A stretch of DNA of 62,828 nucleotides, filler included, from Chiloscyllium plagiosum (taxonomy: Eukaryota), in assembly GCF_004010195.1 (NCBI RefSeq). It is 3 parts of one record of this genome, joined end to end, with 100 filler letters (N's around TTAATTAATTAA, not from the genome) between each part and the next. Parts side by side here need not be neighbours in the genome. Positions count along the whole stretch, not along the records: positions 1 to 28,278 come from NC_057714.1; 2 more parts are not named here. One strand, 5' to 3'. The translations under genes were made by a program, and so were the position numbers. The notes beneath the pieces are model-generated. The model was not told where the DNA came from, searched no databases, and worked only from the letters and a program-made list of their open reading frames with translations. Shown here in pieces: positions 1-12,499 of the stretch (positions within the stretch are counted from its first letter, which is position 1; each line of letters starts with the position of its first letter).

Positions 1-279
1 CTTTCAATTTCCACTGTTACATTTATTATGCATCGTCACAGTATCCTACCTGAATGGACTCTCTTCCATTCTCTTAGCTTACCTCCCGATCGCATCTGCT
101 CTAATGATGAGGCATATAGCGGGAGGTACCGGGGGAAAGGCGGTGCGTTATGCTCAGGAAAGTTTTGTTTTGGCAGTGAAGATTCCTGGCACCGTCAATG
201 ACAGGGCTCTCAGCAGGACCTTTACTTAAAACGATGAAAGGTTCACTGTTGTACTGAACTGAAAACCCAGTAGTCCTTG

Positions 280-930
280 CATCTGCAAGTTCGTAAGGAA
301 GCATAATCATCAGCCACAGGGTGGAATATAGGAGGAAGGAAGTATTGTTGCAGACTCTAAAGAAAGATATGGTTAGTCCACAGTCTGCGCGGGTCCAATC
401 GCTACAAAATCGGCAGGGAACAATTGCACTGCAGAGATTGCAGAGAGGTTTCACGGGATGTTCCCTGAAGTGAGAGGTCTCAGCAAAAAGTTAACTTTTG
501 TTTGGGGTCTGTGGAGCAGAAGAGGCTAAGGGGGCAATTGATGCAGACATAATGGTGAGTGATATAGACTGGGCCGATTGTGATAAATACTTCCGCGATG
601 TAGGCATGTCTTAGACCAATTGAATTAAGGTTAAAGTGAAAAATGAAGCATTTCGCGAGGATCTGATGGAAAAGCAAATTACCCAGGGGATGGGTCAAAT
701 ATGGAACATGTTGCCTGAGAGGGTAGCTTATCTCTCCATGCTTCAGGCTCTCTGCCTTTATTCCTGATGAAGGGCTTTTGCCCGAAACGTCGATTTTGCC
801 TGTCCTCGGATGCTGCCTGAATTGCTGTGCTCTTCCAGCACCACTGATCCAGAATAATTACCTTATCTATCCAACGCACATAACCTGGTTTTTGATTCGA
901 GGAGAAGGATGGATGGGAGACACTACCTGA
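280..930 (+). mobile_element. Old decayed CR1 LINE 3' fragment, interrupted by a PLE tail at 726-856
   Basis: Degenerate match to the CR1 3' ORF2 sequence seen in many other copies in this window (gagaggtttcacgggatgttccc...). Confidence 0.55.
726..856 (+). mobile_element. Penelope-like element 3' tail with minimal hammerhead ribozyme motif
   Basis: CTGATGA-A-GGGC-TTTT-GCCC-GAAAC-GTC at 764-791. The same tail occurs at 28630-28760. Confidence 0.75.
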
Positions 931-1104
931 GTTTTGGTACGGGTAATGCAATCACCCAAATATATTACTTCACTTACTCAGCGGTACTGTGTCTTTCCTG
1001 CTCAGTGTGCGCTCCGCCTATATAAGTATTTAAATCATGATTCACTTTCCCATCAGCGCCCTGTTGATGCTCCCGCTCTTCCTGCTCCTGAAACAAGATT
1101 CTGA

Positions 1105-1810
1105 GTGTGGTCTAACCAAGACTCCACAGAACTGCAACATAACTTTGTGGCTCTTAAACTCAAACCCCCTGCTAATGAAAGGCAACACACCATACGCCTT
1201 CTTAACAACTCTATCAACTTAGGTGGCAATTTTGAGGGATCTGTGGACATGGTCCCCAAGATCCCTCTGTTCCTCCACACTGCCAAGAATCCTGCCTTTA
1301 ACCGTGTAATCTGCACTCAAATTTCACTTTCCAAAATGAATCACTTCATACTTTTCCTTGGTGAACTCCATCTGCCCTTTCTCAGCTCAGTTCTGTATCC
1401 TGTCAATGTCCCATTGCAATCTATAACAGCCCTCTACACTATCCACAACTCCACAATTTTCACATCATTAGCAAACTTACTAACCCACACCTCCACTTCC
1501 TCATCCAAGTCATTTATAAATATCACAAAAAGCAGAGATCCCAGAACCAATCCCTTTGGAACACCACTGATCACCGAGCTCCAGACTGAATACTTTCCAT
1601 CTACTACCACCCTCTGTCTTCTATGAGCCAGCTAATTCTGTATCCAGAGATCCACCTTATTTTCTGAATGGGGTACCTTATCAAACACTTTGCTAAAATC
1701 CATGCACACCACATCCACTGTTCTACCCCCTACCCTGTTTTGTCACATCCTCAAATAATTCAATAAGGCTTGTATGGGAAGACCTGCCCTTCACAAAGGC
1801 ATGCTGACTT
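1105..1810 (-). mobile_element. CR1 LINE RT fragment
   Basis: Reverse complement of the RT region of the copy at 2790-3500. Confidence 0.85.
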
Positions 1811-1847
1811 TCGCCTCTCTGAATCCATTCCAGCTTTTTAGAGAATA

Positions 1848-2145
1848 GGTTTCTCTGCATGTAAGTTTGCTCGAAGAGCTGGAACATTCATTTCCAGACG
1901 TTTCATCACCATACTATGGAACATCATCAGTGAGTGTCCGGTGAAGCACTGGTGTTAGTGACTTGCTTTCGATTTATGTGTTTAGGTTTCCTTGGGTTGG
2001 TGCTGTCAGTTCCTGTGGTGATGGCAGTTCCTGTAGTGATGTCATTTCCTATCATGGAAGTCTAACCTTATTGCAGGTTGCATCAGCACAGGAACTGACA
2101 TCAGCACAGGAAATGACATCGCCAACCCAAAGGCAGAGAGAAAAG
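1848..2145 (-). mobile_element. PLE fragment of a second family, with hammerhead motif
   Basis: Minus strand 1895-1932 reads CTGATGA-tgttccatagtatggtgat-GAAAC-GTC. Short internal inverted repeats are also present. Confidence 0.55.
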
Positions 2146-2189
2146 AGGGCTGCCGGGAAGTTTTTAAATGGGTGAGACAGTGAGGTGAG

Positions 2190-4087
2190 GAACATTCAGC
2201 GACTGCAGCTTAACACGTGGCTGCGAAGCTGGTGCAGGAGGGAGGGCTTCAGATACCCAGACCATTGGGATACCTTCTGGGGAAGGTGAGACCTGTACAT
2301 GATGGAGACGGGTTGCACCTGAACTGGAGGGGCACAAATGTCCTGGGTGGGAGATTTGCTCGAGTGGTTTGGGAGGATTTAAACTAGATTGGCAGGGGAA
2401 GGGTGGGAATCAGAGCAACATATCTCAGAGGGGGGCACTTTCAGATGGGGCAGTGACAGGATGTATTGAATCTATCAGGAAGGATTTTCATGTGATGAAA
2501 CAAAGGGATCGGTTGAAGTGTGTCTGCTTTAATGCAAGGAGTGTCAGAAGTAAGAGTGATGAACTTAGCGCATGGATCAGTACTTAGGGCTACAATGTTG
2601 TGGCCATAATGGAGACATGGGTTTCAAAGGGGCAGGGATGATTGTTTGATGTTCCAGGGTTTAGAACGTTTAAAAAGAATAGGGAGGGTGGAAAAAAGAG
2701 GAGGGGTGTAGCATTGCTAATCAGGAAGTGCATTACAGCTACAGAAATGAAGGTTGTTGAGGAAGGTTTGTCTACTGAGTCAGTATGGGTAAAGCATACC
2801 ATGATTAAAGGCAGTCAGCATGGCTTTGTGAGGGGCAGATCATGCCTCACAAATCTTATTGAGTTCTTTGAGGAGGTAACAAGACAGGACGATGAAGGTC
2901 GAGCAATGGATGTGGTGTATATGGACTTCAGCAAGGCATTTGATAAGGTTCCCCATGGTAGGCTCATTCATAAAGTCAGGAAGTATGGGATACAAGGAGA
3001 TTTGGCTATCTGGATTCAGAATTGGCTGGCTGACAGAAGGCAGAGAGTGGTTGTAGATGGAAAGTATTCTGTCTGGAGGTCAGTGTTGAGTGGGGTCCCA
3101 CAGGGCTCTGTTCTTGGACCCCTGCTCTTTGTAGTTTTTATAAATGACTTGGATGAGGAGGTTGGGGGATGGGTTAGTAAATTTGCAGACGACACAAAGA
3201 ATGGATGTGTTGTTGATAGTATTGAGGGCTATTGCAGGTTGCAGAGCAACATAGACAGGATGCAGAGCTGGGCTGAGAAATGGCAGATGGAGTTCTACCT
3301 GGATAAATGCAAAGACTTGCATTTTGGAAGGTCGAACTTGAATGCTGAATATAGGAATAAAGACAGGATTCTTGGCAGCGTGGAGGAACAGAGGGATCTG
3401 GGAGTGAAAGTATGTAGATCCCTCAAAGTTGCCACTCAAGTGGATAGGGTTGTTAAGAAAGCATATGGTGTTTTGGCTTTAATTAATAGAGGTATCGAGT
3501 TTAAGAGCCGCGAGGTTTTGCTGCAGCTCTACAAGTCCCTGGTGAGACCACACTTGGAATATTGTGTCCAGTTCTGGTCGTCCTACTATAGGAAAGATAC
3601 AGAGGCTTTGGAGGGGATGCATCAAAGATTTACCAGGATGCTGCCTGGACTGGAGGGCTTGCCTTATGAAGAAAGGTTGAATAAGCTTGGACTTTTCTCT
3701 CTGGAGAGAAGGAGGAAGAGAGGTGACCTGATTGAAGTACATAACATAATGAGAGGAACGGATAGAGCCAATAGCTAGAGACTTTTCCCCAGAGCAGGAG
3801 TGACTAGTAAGAGGGGTCATAGTTTAAGATATTAGGAGAAAGGTATAGAGGGGACATTAGAGGAAGGTTCTTTATGCAGAGAGTTGTGATTGCATGGCAC
3901 GCATTGCCAGTGGTGGTGGTGGAAGCAGTCATTAGGGACATTTAAATGACTACTGGACATGCACATGGCTAGCAGTGAGTTGAGGGGTGCGTAGGTTACG
4001 TTATTTTCTTTTACATTAGGATTAACCCTCTGCACAACATCATTGGCCAAAGGGCCTGTTCTGTGCTGAAGCTTTCTACGCTCTATA
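2190..4087 (+). mobile_element. CR1 LINE, internally deleted: ORF1 esterase end, APE start fused to RT (ORF 2642-3778), 3' UTR
   Basis: Motifs DGLHLN (ORF1), CVCFNARS (APE), YMDFSKAFDKVPH, GVPQGSVLGP, KFADDTK and LVRPHLEYC. Confidence 0.92.
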
Positions 4088-4521
4088 AATGGTCGACATG
4101 GATGAATTGGACCAAAGGGTCTGTTTCCATGCTGTACAACTCTATGACCTTGTGACTAATACTGCTGGGCCAGGTGCCATATTTCCTTGGGAGCTGAAGG
4201 AGTTGGAGCAACTCTACAGGGCACAGACTACAGTAATGACAAACCCATTGGGCATTGGAGAGTTGCTCAAGATTAGATGCTGGCAAGTATGAAGTTGGTA
4301 TTTATAAAAATAGGACTCAATGGAGTTGGTTAATTGCAAGGTTCTAAGAATGGAGGAGATTACAGAGATGGGCAGGAGCACAAGGCTATGGAGGCTTTGA
4401 GAGCCAAGAATTAAAATTTTAAAATTGGGGTGTCAGTTCCAGTGCAGCTTACTCCACTGAAGGAGTAACAAGACTTCCTGTGAGTTAGGAAACGTGCAAT
4501 GAATGAAGAGCTGACTTTCAT

Positions 4522-4850
4522 GGGCAGCACGGTGTCTCAGTAGATTGCACTGCTGCCTCACAGCACCAGGGACCCAGGTTCAATTCCAGTCTCGGGCGAC
4601 TGTGCATGTGGAGTTTTGTGTTTCCCCAGTGTCTGTGCGAGTTTCCTCCGGATGCTCCAGTTTCCTTCCACAGTCCAAAGATGTACAGATTAGGTGAATT
4701 GGCCATGCTAAATTGCCCATAGTGTTCAGGGGATGTGTAGGTGAAGTGCATTAGTCAGGGGTAAATATAGGATAATAGAGTCGGGGAATAGGTCTGGGTG
4801 GTTTACTCTTCGGAGGGTGGGTGTGAACTTGTTGGGCCAAAGTGTCCACA
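4522..4850 (+). mobile_element. tRNA-derived SINE (HE1-like shark SINE)
   Basis: Head gggcagcacggtg.ctcagt, B-box-like ggttcaattcc, and a body shared with many copies in the window. Confidence 0.8.
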
Positions 4851-4869
4851 TTTTAAAGGATTGTGAGTG

Positions 4870-5102
4870 ACAACGTTTTTACACAAATGGTGGTTCGTGT
4901 ATGGAATGATCTGCCTGAGGAAATGGTAGATACAGGTACAGTTGCAACATTTACAAGGCATTTGGCTAAGTACATGAATAGGAAAGGTTTAGAAGGACAT
5001 AGGCCAAACATAGGTGAGTGGGATTAGTTTAGATTGAGAAGCCCGGTCGGCATGGACGAGTTATATCGAAGGGTCAGTTTCCGTGCTGTATAATTCTATA
5101 AC
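4870..5102 (+). mobile_element. CR1 LINE 3' end
   Basis: Matches other CR1 3' UTRs (gaagggtc..tttccgtgctgta...ctata). Confidence 0.75.
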
Positions 5103-5224
5103 TGGTGGAGCAGTTTCGATAGGCTGAATGGCCTACACCTGTTCCTATGGCGTAAGAGCTGAAGTTTAAGTTACTGCGGCTAATCTCTCTAAACTTTGTA
5201 TTTGCTCACCTCCTTAATCTTAAC

Positions 5225-5385
5225 ACCTTAAGGAAAGTTTGAACAGTGATCTTAGCACTTACTTGTGTTATTGCTATGACAGTTTTAACGCCACCAGAGA
5301 GAATGTGAGGCCGTTCCTGCTGTGACATGTGACATGCTGGTCATTACGGGAGTACTTCAGAACTTTCCTCTGAGAATATCAGAAT
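5225..5385 (+). pseudogene. Dicer-like remnant: start of platform domain
   Basis: 5257-5296 reads TYL(frameshift)VIAMTVLTPP, compared with DICER1 CYLYVIGMVLTTP. 5353-5383 reads YF..LSSENI, compared with CFGILTAKPI. Confidence 0.7.
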
Positions 5386-7602
5386 GTCCTTCACTACCAG
5401 TGAGATCCATTCCTTATATTCATTTTCCAATCAAAGTTCTCAACTAATATCAATTTTCCTTTCACTCTTTTCTCCCTCTCATCTTCTACTGGTCCCCACC
5501 ATCAAATATATATTTGTACAGTGATTCCACCTCTCCTCCATCAGCTGTCTGCAAATACAGCACTTCTGTAATTCTTTTAAATTGGACATGGGCTGCAATG
5601 AGTGAGGCTATCCCAAATTGCCTTTAAACTGAGTTATTGCTGGTCTATTTCAGAGGATAGTTAAGGGTCACTCTTATCACTGTAGCTTTGGAGTAACATG
5701 TAGCCTGACCAGGTAAGGTTGACAGATTTTCTTCCCTGAAGGATAAAGTTCAAAATCACACAACACCAGGTTATAGTCCAACAGGTGTATTTGGAAGTAC
5801 AAGCTTTTGGATTGCTCCTCCTTCATCAGGTAGCTCAAGACCCAAGTTACCTGACAAAGGGGCAGCACCCGAACGTTTGTACTTCCAAATGAACCTGTTG
5901 GCCTATAACCTGGTGTTGTGCGATTTAAAAAAAAAATATTGAGAAAAGATTTATTTTTTATAAAATTACAAAATTACAACAATAAACAGTCTCTGGCCAG
6001 ATGGACCCTCTGAAGAATCTTCAGTTGCATTATAAACCAAAATCTTTCTTGCACTTTCACAGGTATCCTCCCATCCCTCTGAGGAAATCTGAACTCCGAG
6101 CTCTCATAGTCACTCAATATCATCTGAGGGACCATCCCCAACAGATGATAAAGAGTATTAACTGAGAGTGCTCTTGGCATGGAGCACCTCCTTCTCTGTT
6201 TCAGATCTGTACGAGTCAGTCAAGAGCGTGTTTCCTTCTTGAATAAAGTCCCTAATCTGAAGAGAACGATTAGGTCTCTGCTAGATAATCCATACATGTG
6301 GCTCATTTGGTCAAAGGACACCAATGTTTTGCCCTCCAATAAGTCATTCAAACAGGAAACTCCTGTAGCTACCCTGGGTCCATTATTCCCAGCCAGAACC
6401 CTGACATGCTAACTATAATGGTAAGAAAATAAGTCTTAGATATATTACCCTCACGCTGCTACATTGGTCTCCACACTTTGACAGTATTAATAATTATTGG
6501 ATTACGTCAGCACTTCACAACTGCCCTCATTTTATCTAAAAACAACAGGCCAAAAAGAGGACACTTTGCCCGGCAGGATTCAATATCCAACCATATTGAT
6601 GTTGGGTTTTCACAAGCCCAGTCACTCACAAAAGATAAAAGACAGCTTAATTGAAATGTTTTGATATCGGGGAGGTTCACGTTCCCCACTTCTTGGATCA
6701 CTTGCAATCTGATGAGCTTAATAAAGAACTGCCTATTGTGCCAGATAAACGAACTAAACCAGCCATTAAGTCTCTGAAATATTTGCCTGGGAAAAAAAAA
6801 TCAAGTGAAGCATTCGCATAGGGTATAGCAAATGAGAAAGGACATTCATTTTAATAAGGGCTATTCGGCCTAACCAAGATATTGGAAGAACCTCCCATCT
6901 TTGAAGATCTTGTTTAATCTTGTCAAGCAATGGGATAAAATTAGTCTTAAATAATTGATCGAAGACGGGAATAACAAAAATACCTAAATAAAGAAACCCC
7001 CCCGTGACCACTTAAAGGGAAACCATGATTCACCCTCAACATCAGATATTCCTCGAAGACTCCCCATAGGCGTAGACTCCGATGTGGAAAAATTAATATT
7101 ATAGCCTGAAAAGGAGCCAAATAAATTAACACGTTGTATCAAATGGGGTACAGAAACTACTGGGTTTGACAGAAAAATACGAATGTCATCCATGTATAAT
7201 GTGTTCTATGTGTCTTTGATCCCACTTCTGGGGCAGTTTTGTTAGGATTCTTACAGATTGGTGATTGAGCCGCTGACAGAGACAATGTAAAAAGTTGAGG
7301 TGAGAGGGGACAACCTTGCTGACTGCCCCATCAGATACTAAAATGGATTTTACTCCATTGGTGGAACCACAGCCAGAGGACCACTAGAAAGGATCCTTAC
7401 CCACCTAATAAAGACTTCACTTAAACCAAACTTTTCCAGGGTGTAGAAAAGATATGGCTATTTCACTCGATCAAGTGCCTTCTCTGCATCCAAAGAGATC
7501 ACTAATCCCCGAACTGATCACTGCTGTCACACTTGGACCATGTTAAGTAATCTTCTAACATTGGTAGAGAATCTGCGGCCATTTATAAAACCCGTCTGGT
7601 CA

Positions 7603-8020
7603 ATGAACAGCTGAGGATCCTGGGATTGTATTCATTAGAGTTCAGAAGGTTGGGGGGAGGTCTAATAGAAACTTACAAGATAATGCATGGCTTAGAAAGG
7701 GTGGACACTGGGAATTTGTTTCCGTTAGGTGAGGAGTCTAGGCCTTAGAATTAGAGAGGGTCAATTTAGAACAGGAATGAGGAGACATTTCTTCAGCCAG
7801 AGAGTGGTGGGCCTGTGGAATTCATTGCCACGGAGCGCAGTGGAGGCTGGGACATTGAATGTCTTCAAGGCAGAGATTGATAATTCTTGATCTTGAAAGG
7901 AATTAAGGGCTACGGGGAGAGTGTGGGTAAGTGGAATTGAAATGCCAATCAGCCGTGATTGAATGGCGGAGTGGATTCGATGGGCTGAATGGCCTTACTT
8001 CCACTCCTATGGTCTTATGG
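7603..8020 (+). mobile_element. CR1 3' fragment inside L1 ORF2
   Basis: CR1 3' ORF2 and UTR (gaatggccttacttccactcctatg). Confidence 0.8.
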
Positions 8021-10197
8021 TCATCTTTGACAATGGAAGGCAGCACAATTTCCAGCCTTAATGTGAGAGTCTTGGACAAAATTTTAAAATCAGAATTTAA
8101 AAGCGAGATGGGTCTACAAGAAGCACAGTCCTCCGGGATCTTCTCTTTCTTGAGGATGATAGAGATATTAGCCTCTCTCATGCATGGAGGAGGCAATCAT
8201 GATTGTACGAGTAATTGTACATGTCTGGCATCGGGCCTGACCATACATTTATAAATTCTTTGTAGAATTCACCAGGGACACCCTCAGGGGCGGTGCCTTT
8301 CTATTTGAAGCTGTTCACCACCTCCTGTACCTCTCGCACTGCTAAAGGGGCAGTAAGGGGAGAGACACCTGTTCAGAGGTCACTCCTGAAAGATCCAGGT
8401 TCTTAAAAAAGGACTCCATCTTAGCCCATTTGTCCTCACAGCCTTCTGACTGATATAATTGGGAGTAAAAGCTCTGAAATGCAGCATTGATCTTTTTAGA
8501 ATCACAAATAAGAGTTCCAGGCCCTCCCCTCATTGAGGTAATAGATTGAGGTCGGGGGGGGGGGTGTTCTGTTTCCTAATCAGTTATGTCAGATATCTGC
8601 CCGGCCTCTCACCTTGCTCAAACAATCTTTGTCTCGCAAAGGAAAGTTCCTCCCTCGCCGTCTGTGTGAGCATGGAATTCAAAATGGACTGAAGAGCCGT
8701 GACCTGCTGCAACTTACCCATCGATGGCCTATCAAAATATGCCATCTCAGCTGTCTGCAGTCGTGCCTCAAGCAGGCACTGTTGTTCTCCTTCTTTCACT
8801 TCCGACTGGCAGAGTACGAGATGAATATTCCCCCTAGCATGGACCTTAGCAGTCTCCCAGACAATAGACGAGTTAAGAGATGTATCCAAATTAATTGCCA
8901 AGAATGCTTTAAACTCATTAGAGAAATACTCAATGAACTTACTGTCCTTGTGAATAAAGGGGTCCATTTGCCAGTGATGTGAACCTACTTCATTGCCCAT
9001 AATCTTGACTGCTAAATATACTGCTGCCTGATGGGAAATGGTGATATTCCCAATTGTGCAGGACATTACCAAGTTTAAAGAAAACACGGGGGGCTAGGAA
9101 AACATCAATCATGGTATGACACTTCTGCTGATTAGAAAAAAAGTAAAGTCCCTACCTGTAGGGTGGAGACATCTCCAAACATTACACCAGTCCCAATCCA
9201 TACATAAATCACCAAGTTGCTTTAACTGCAGAGAAAGATTTGTTGGGGGGAGGGGGGGAGTCTTTGGACATTCTATCCACCTTTGGATCTATGAGACAAT
9301 TAAAAACTCCCCCTATAACAATATGCCGTGACGCAAGGGCAATCAATTGGGAGAATGCCTCTATCAGGAATTTAATGTCATACTCTTCACCATATACTGG
9401 GGCTTTAAGAATTACAAACTGCCCATGCTCATCTTTAACTTGATCTTGTATCTTAAATTGGAGATTCTTCCAAACGGGTATAGCCACCCCACTACTCCTT
9501 GTGTTGAAGAATGGAAAAGACACCCAATCAAACCCATCCTGCTGCAATTTCAGATGCTCTTCATCATCAAGATGAGTTTCCTGCATCAGGGCAACATGAA
9601 CCCTCTCTTTTTAAGTCTTGAGAGTACCTTTTTCCTCTTGATTGGTGAGTGACTCTCCTTAATGTTGCAGGCACATCATTTGAGACCACAATCAGCCATG
9701 ACCCTCTACAATAACCATTAAACTCCCAAGAGGAAGAACTCGACTTACAATTCACTAAGCATAACTGAAGATAGATTCATACAGCCGAAAAACTAACAAA
9801 CTAACAGAACTTTCAAAAACTACATCTATGAAAAATCAACAAACTAAACCAAACACAAATAGCTCCTTTCAGCTTGAGCCGCACTCCAAACTAAAGCAAA
9901 AGAAAGGAAAAGAAAGGTAAAATTAACTAAGAAGTTAGGTGGGAGCACTCCATCCATCCCAACTATACATTAACCCCAACTAACATTGGAAAAAGAAAAG
10001 ACTTTCTTTAGAAAAGAAGTGCAAAAGAGATTTTAAAAATTATTGTCCATATTCTGGTCTATTTTAAAGTGTCAAGAAAGTTTTTTGCTTTATCCGAAGA
10101 ATCAAATAAGCATTCGGACCCATCATAAGTAAAACGAAGCACTGCTGGGTACCTTACAGAGTACTGAATACCGAGGTCCCTCAGGCTTCTCTTCACC

Positions 10198-11266
10198 ATA
10201 CATAAACGATTTGGATGTGAGCTTAAGAGGTATAGTTAGTAAGTTTGCAGATAATACCAAAATTGGAGATGTAGTGGACAGCAAAGAAGGTTACCTTGGA
10301 TTACAACGGAATCTTGATCAGATGAGAGTTTAGATCAGTGTGGTCCTGGAAAAGCACAGCAGGTCATGCAGCATTCGAGTAGTGGGAAAGTCAACGTTTC
10401 GGACAAAAGCCCTTCATCAGGAAGGGCTTGATCAGATGGGCCAATGGACTGAGGAGTGACAGATGGAGTTTAATTTAGATAAATGTGAGGTGCTGCATGT
10501 TGGCAAGCAAATCTTAGCAGGATTCATACACTTAATGGTAAGGTCCTAGGGAATGTTACTGAACAAAGAGACCTTGGAGGGCAGGTTCACAGCTCCTTGA
10601 AAGTGGAGTCACAGGTAGATAGGATAGGATAGTGAAGAAGGCGTTTGGTATGCTTTCCTTTATTGGAAAGAGTATTGAGTACAGGCGTTGGGAGGTCATG
10701 TTGTGGCTGTACAGGACATGGGTTAGGCCAGTGTTGGAATATTGCATGCGATTCTGGTCTCCTTCCTATCGGAAAACTGTTGTGAAACTTGAAAGGATTC
10801 AGAAAAGATTTACAAGGATGTTGCCAGGGTTGAAGTATTTGAGCTATAGGGAGAGGCTGAACAGGCTGGGGCTGTTTTCCCTGGAGCGTCAGAGGCTGCG
10901 GGGTGACCTTATAGAGGTTTTTAAAATTATGAGGAGAATGGATAGGGTAAATAGGCAAAGTCTTTTCCCTGAGGTGGGGGAGTCCAGAACTAGATGGCAC
11001 AGGTTTCGTGTGAGAGGGGAAAAATATAAGAGACCTAAGGGGCAACATTTTCATGCAGAGGGTGGTGCACGTGTGGAATGAGCTGCCAGAGGAAGTGGTG
11101 GAGGCTGGTACAATTGCATCATTTAAAAGATATCTAGATGGGTATATGAAAAGCAAGAGTTTGGAGGGTGCTGGCAGGTGGGACTAGATTGGGTTGAGAT
11201 ATCTGGCTGGCATGGAGGAGTTGGACCGAAGGATCTGTTTGTGTTCTGTACACCTATATGACTCTA
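10198..11266 (+). mobile_element. CR1 3' part inside L1 ORF1, containing a small PLE piece at about 10325-10425
   Basis: ORF 10632-11081 contains VRPVLEYC and RLRGDLIEV. Tail atgactctat. Confidence 0.88.
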
Positions 11267-12499
11267 TCTCATCAAAGGACTTCCTTGGATAGTTTGTAGA
11301 TCAAAGCCTGTGGATTCTTCCCCTGCAATCTTAAAGCTTCCGTTACTCTCTGCTTCTCCCTGTAGTATTGGAATCACACTAGGAATGGGCAGGGGTGCTG
11401 ATTCGAACTGGGCCTGCACACCGCAACCCAGTGAATTCTGTTGACCTTCACCCGGCCTACCTTGGCCTCCTAACCAAGAAATCGCAGCAGCGAGTGTTAA
11501 ACAAAACTTACTGCCACTGGTTTCCACTTCCTCCGGCAGGCCAATGACGCGGATATTCTTCCTCCAAACTCTGTTTTTGAGGGTATCGAGCTGCTCTGTT
11601 AAGGCTCAGACTTGCTTCTCGAGGGCCTGGATCCACCCCGTCAGGGATTCGATCACGGTCTCTGATGTTGCAGTCCGCCGTCTGACCTCGTCTACTCGCT
11701 TTCCGACTCCTTCCAGCTCCTGCTCATGCTTGTGGAGTAAGGCCAAGATTGGTTCAAGTGTGGTGTAACTTCGTCGATCAACGCCTCAATCATCTCCTGG
11801 AGCTTCATGAAATTTGCACCCAACTCACTCTGTTGGGTGAGTGATTCCATCGGAGTTGCAGAGGAGGTTGCAGCTGCGGTCACAGTTATGGTTGCACGTG
11901 TGTCCAATGCTACGGAGAAATGAACCTTCTAGTCATCTTCCCTTGCTAAAGAAAGGGTTTATAACGATTCCACCTATATTTAATTATCAGATTTTTCCAA
12001 AATAACTTAGGTGGAGAGGGTAAAAGCACCACTTTGCCTGGGTTGTGGTGCAGAGCTCATAGGGCAGACCTTTCAGATTGCCGCCATCTTGGATGTCCCT
12101 GTTTTGTGATTTTTAACTTTGTCCACCTCAGTCCATCACTGACACCTCCACATCACTGACATCACAAGCTGCTGTCTCAAAGTACAGAGGATCTCCAAGA
12201 AGATCATGCATATCACTAGCTACCTGGCGAAGGAGCAGGACTCCCAAAGCTTTGTATTTCCAACTAAACCTGTTGGACTATAACCTGTTATCGTGACATT
12301 TTTAATTTTGTCTACCCAGTCCAACACCAGCATCTCCATATCTTCCCTAAAGGATGCTTGTGAACCTGAGGCATACTTATGACCATCGTTTAATAATCAT
12401 CATTAGATTTTTAATTCTTGGTGGGATTTGAACACATGTTCCCAGAAAATTGGTCTGCAACTCTAGTTTAATAGCCCAGTGACATTATCACTGGACCAT

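Larger units (their letters stand above)
5927..12099 (-). mobile_element. Near full-length degenerate L1 LINE (5' UTR, ORF1, APE-RT ORF2)
   Basis: 5' end gggacatcCAAGATGGCGGC (YY1-type motif). ORF1 coiled coil followed by RKNIRVIGLPE. APE QETHL. RT motifs RPISLLNSDFKIL, YMDD and ISWLGRIALIKMN. TSD tgtt(g/t)tg(c/t)gattt at 5914-5926 and 12100-12112. Confidence 0.9.
5745..12340. mobile_element. Fold-back PLE of a third family hosting the L1, itself inserted in a SINE-like element (about 5590-5744 and 12356-12500)
   Basis: Inverted arms at 5746-5830 and 5850-5926 plus 12113-12155. TSD tcttccct(g/a)aaggat at 5730-5744 and 12341-12355. Confidence 0.65.
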
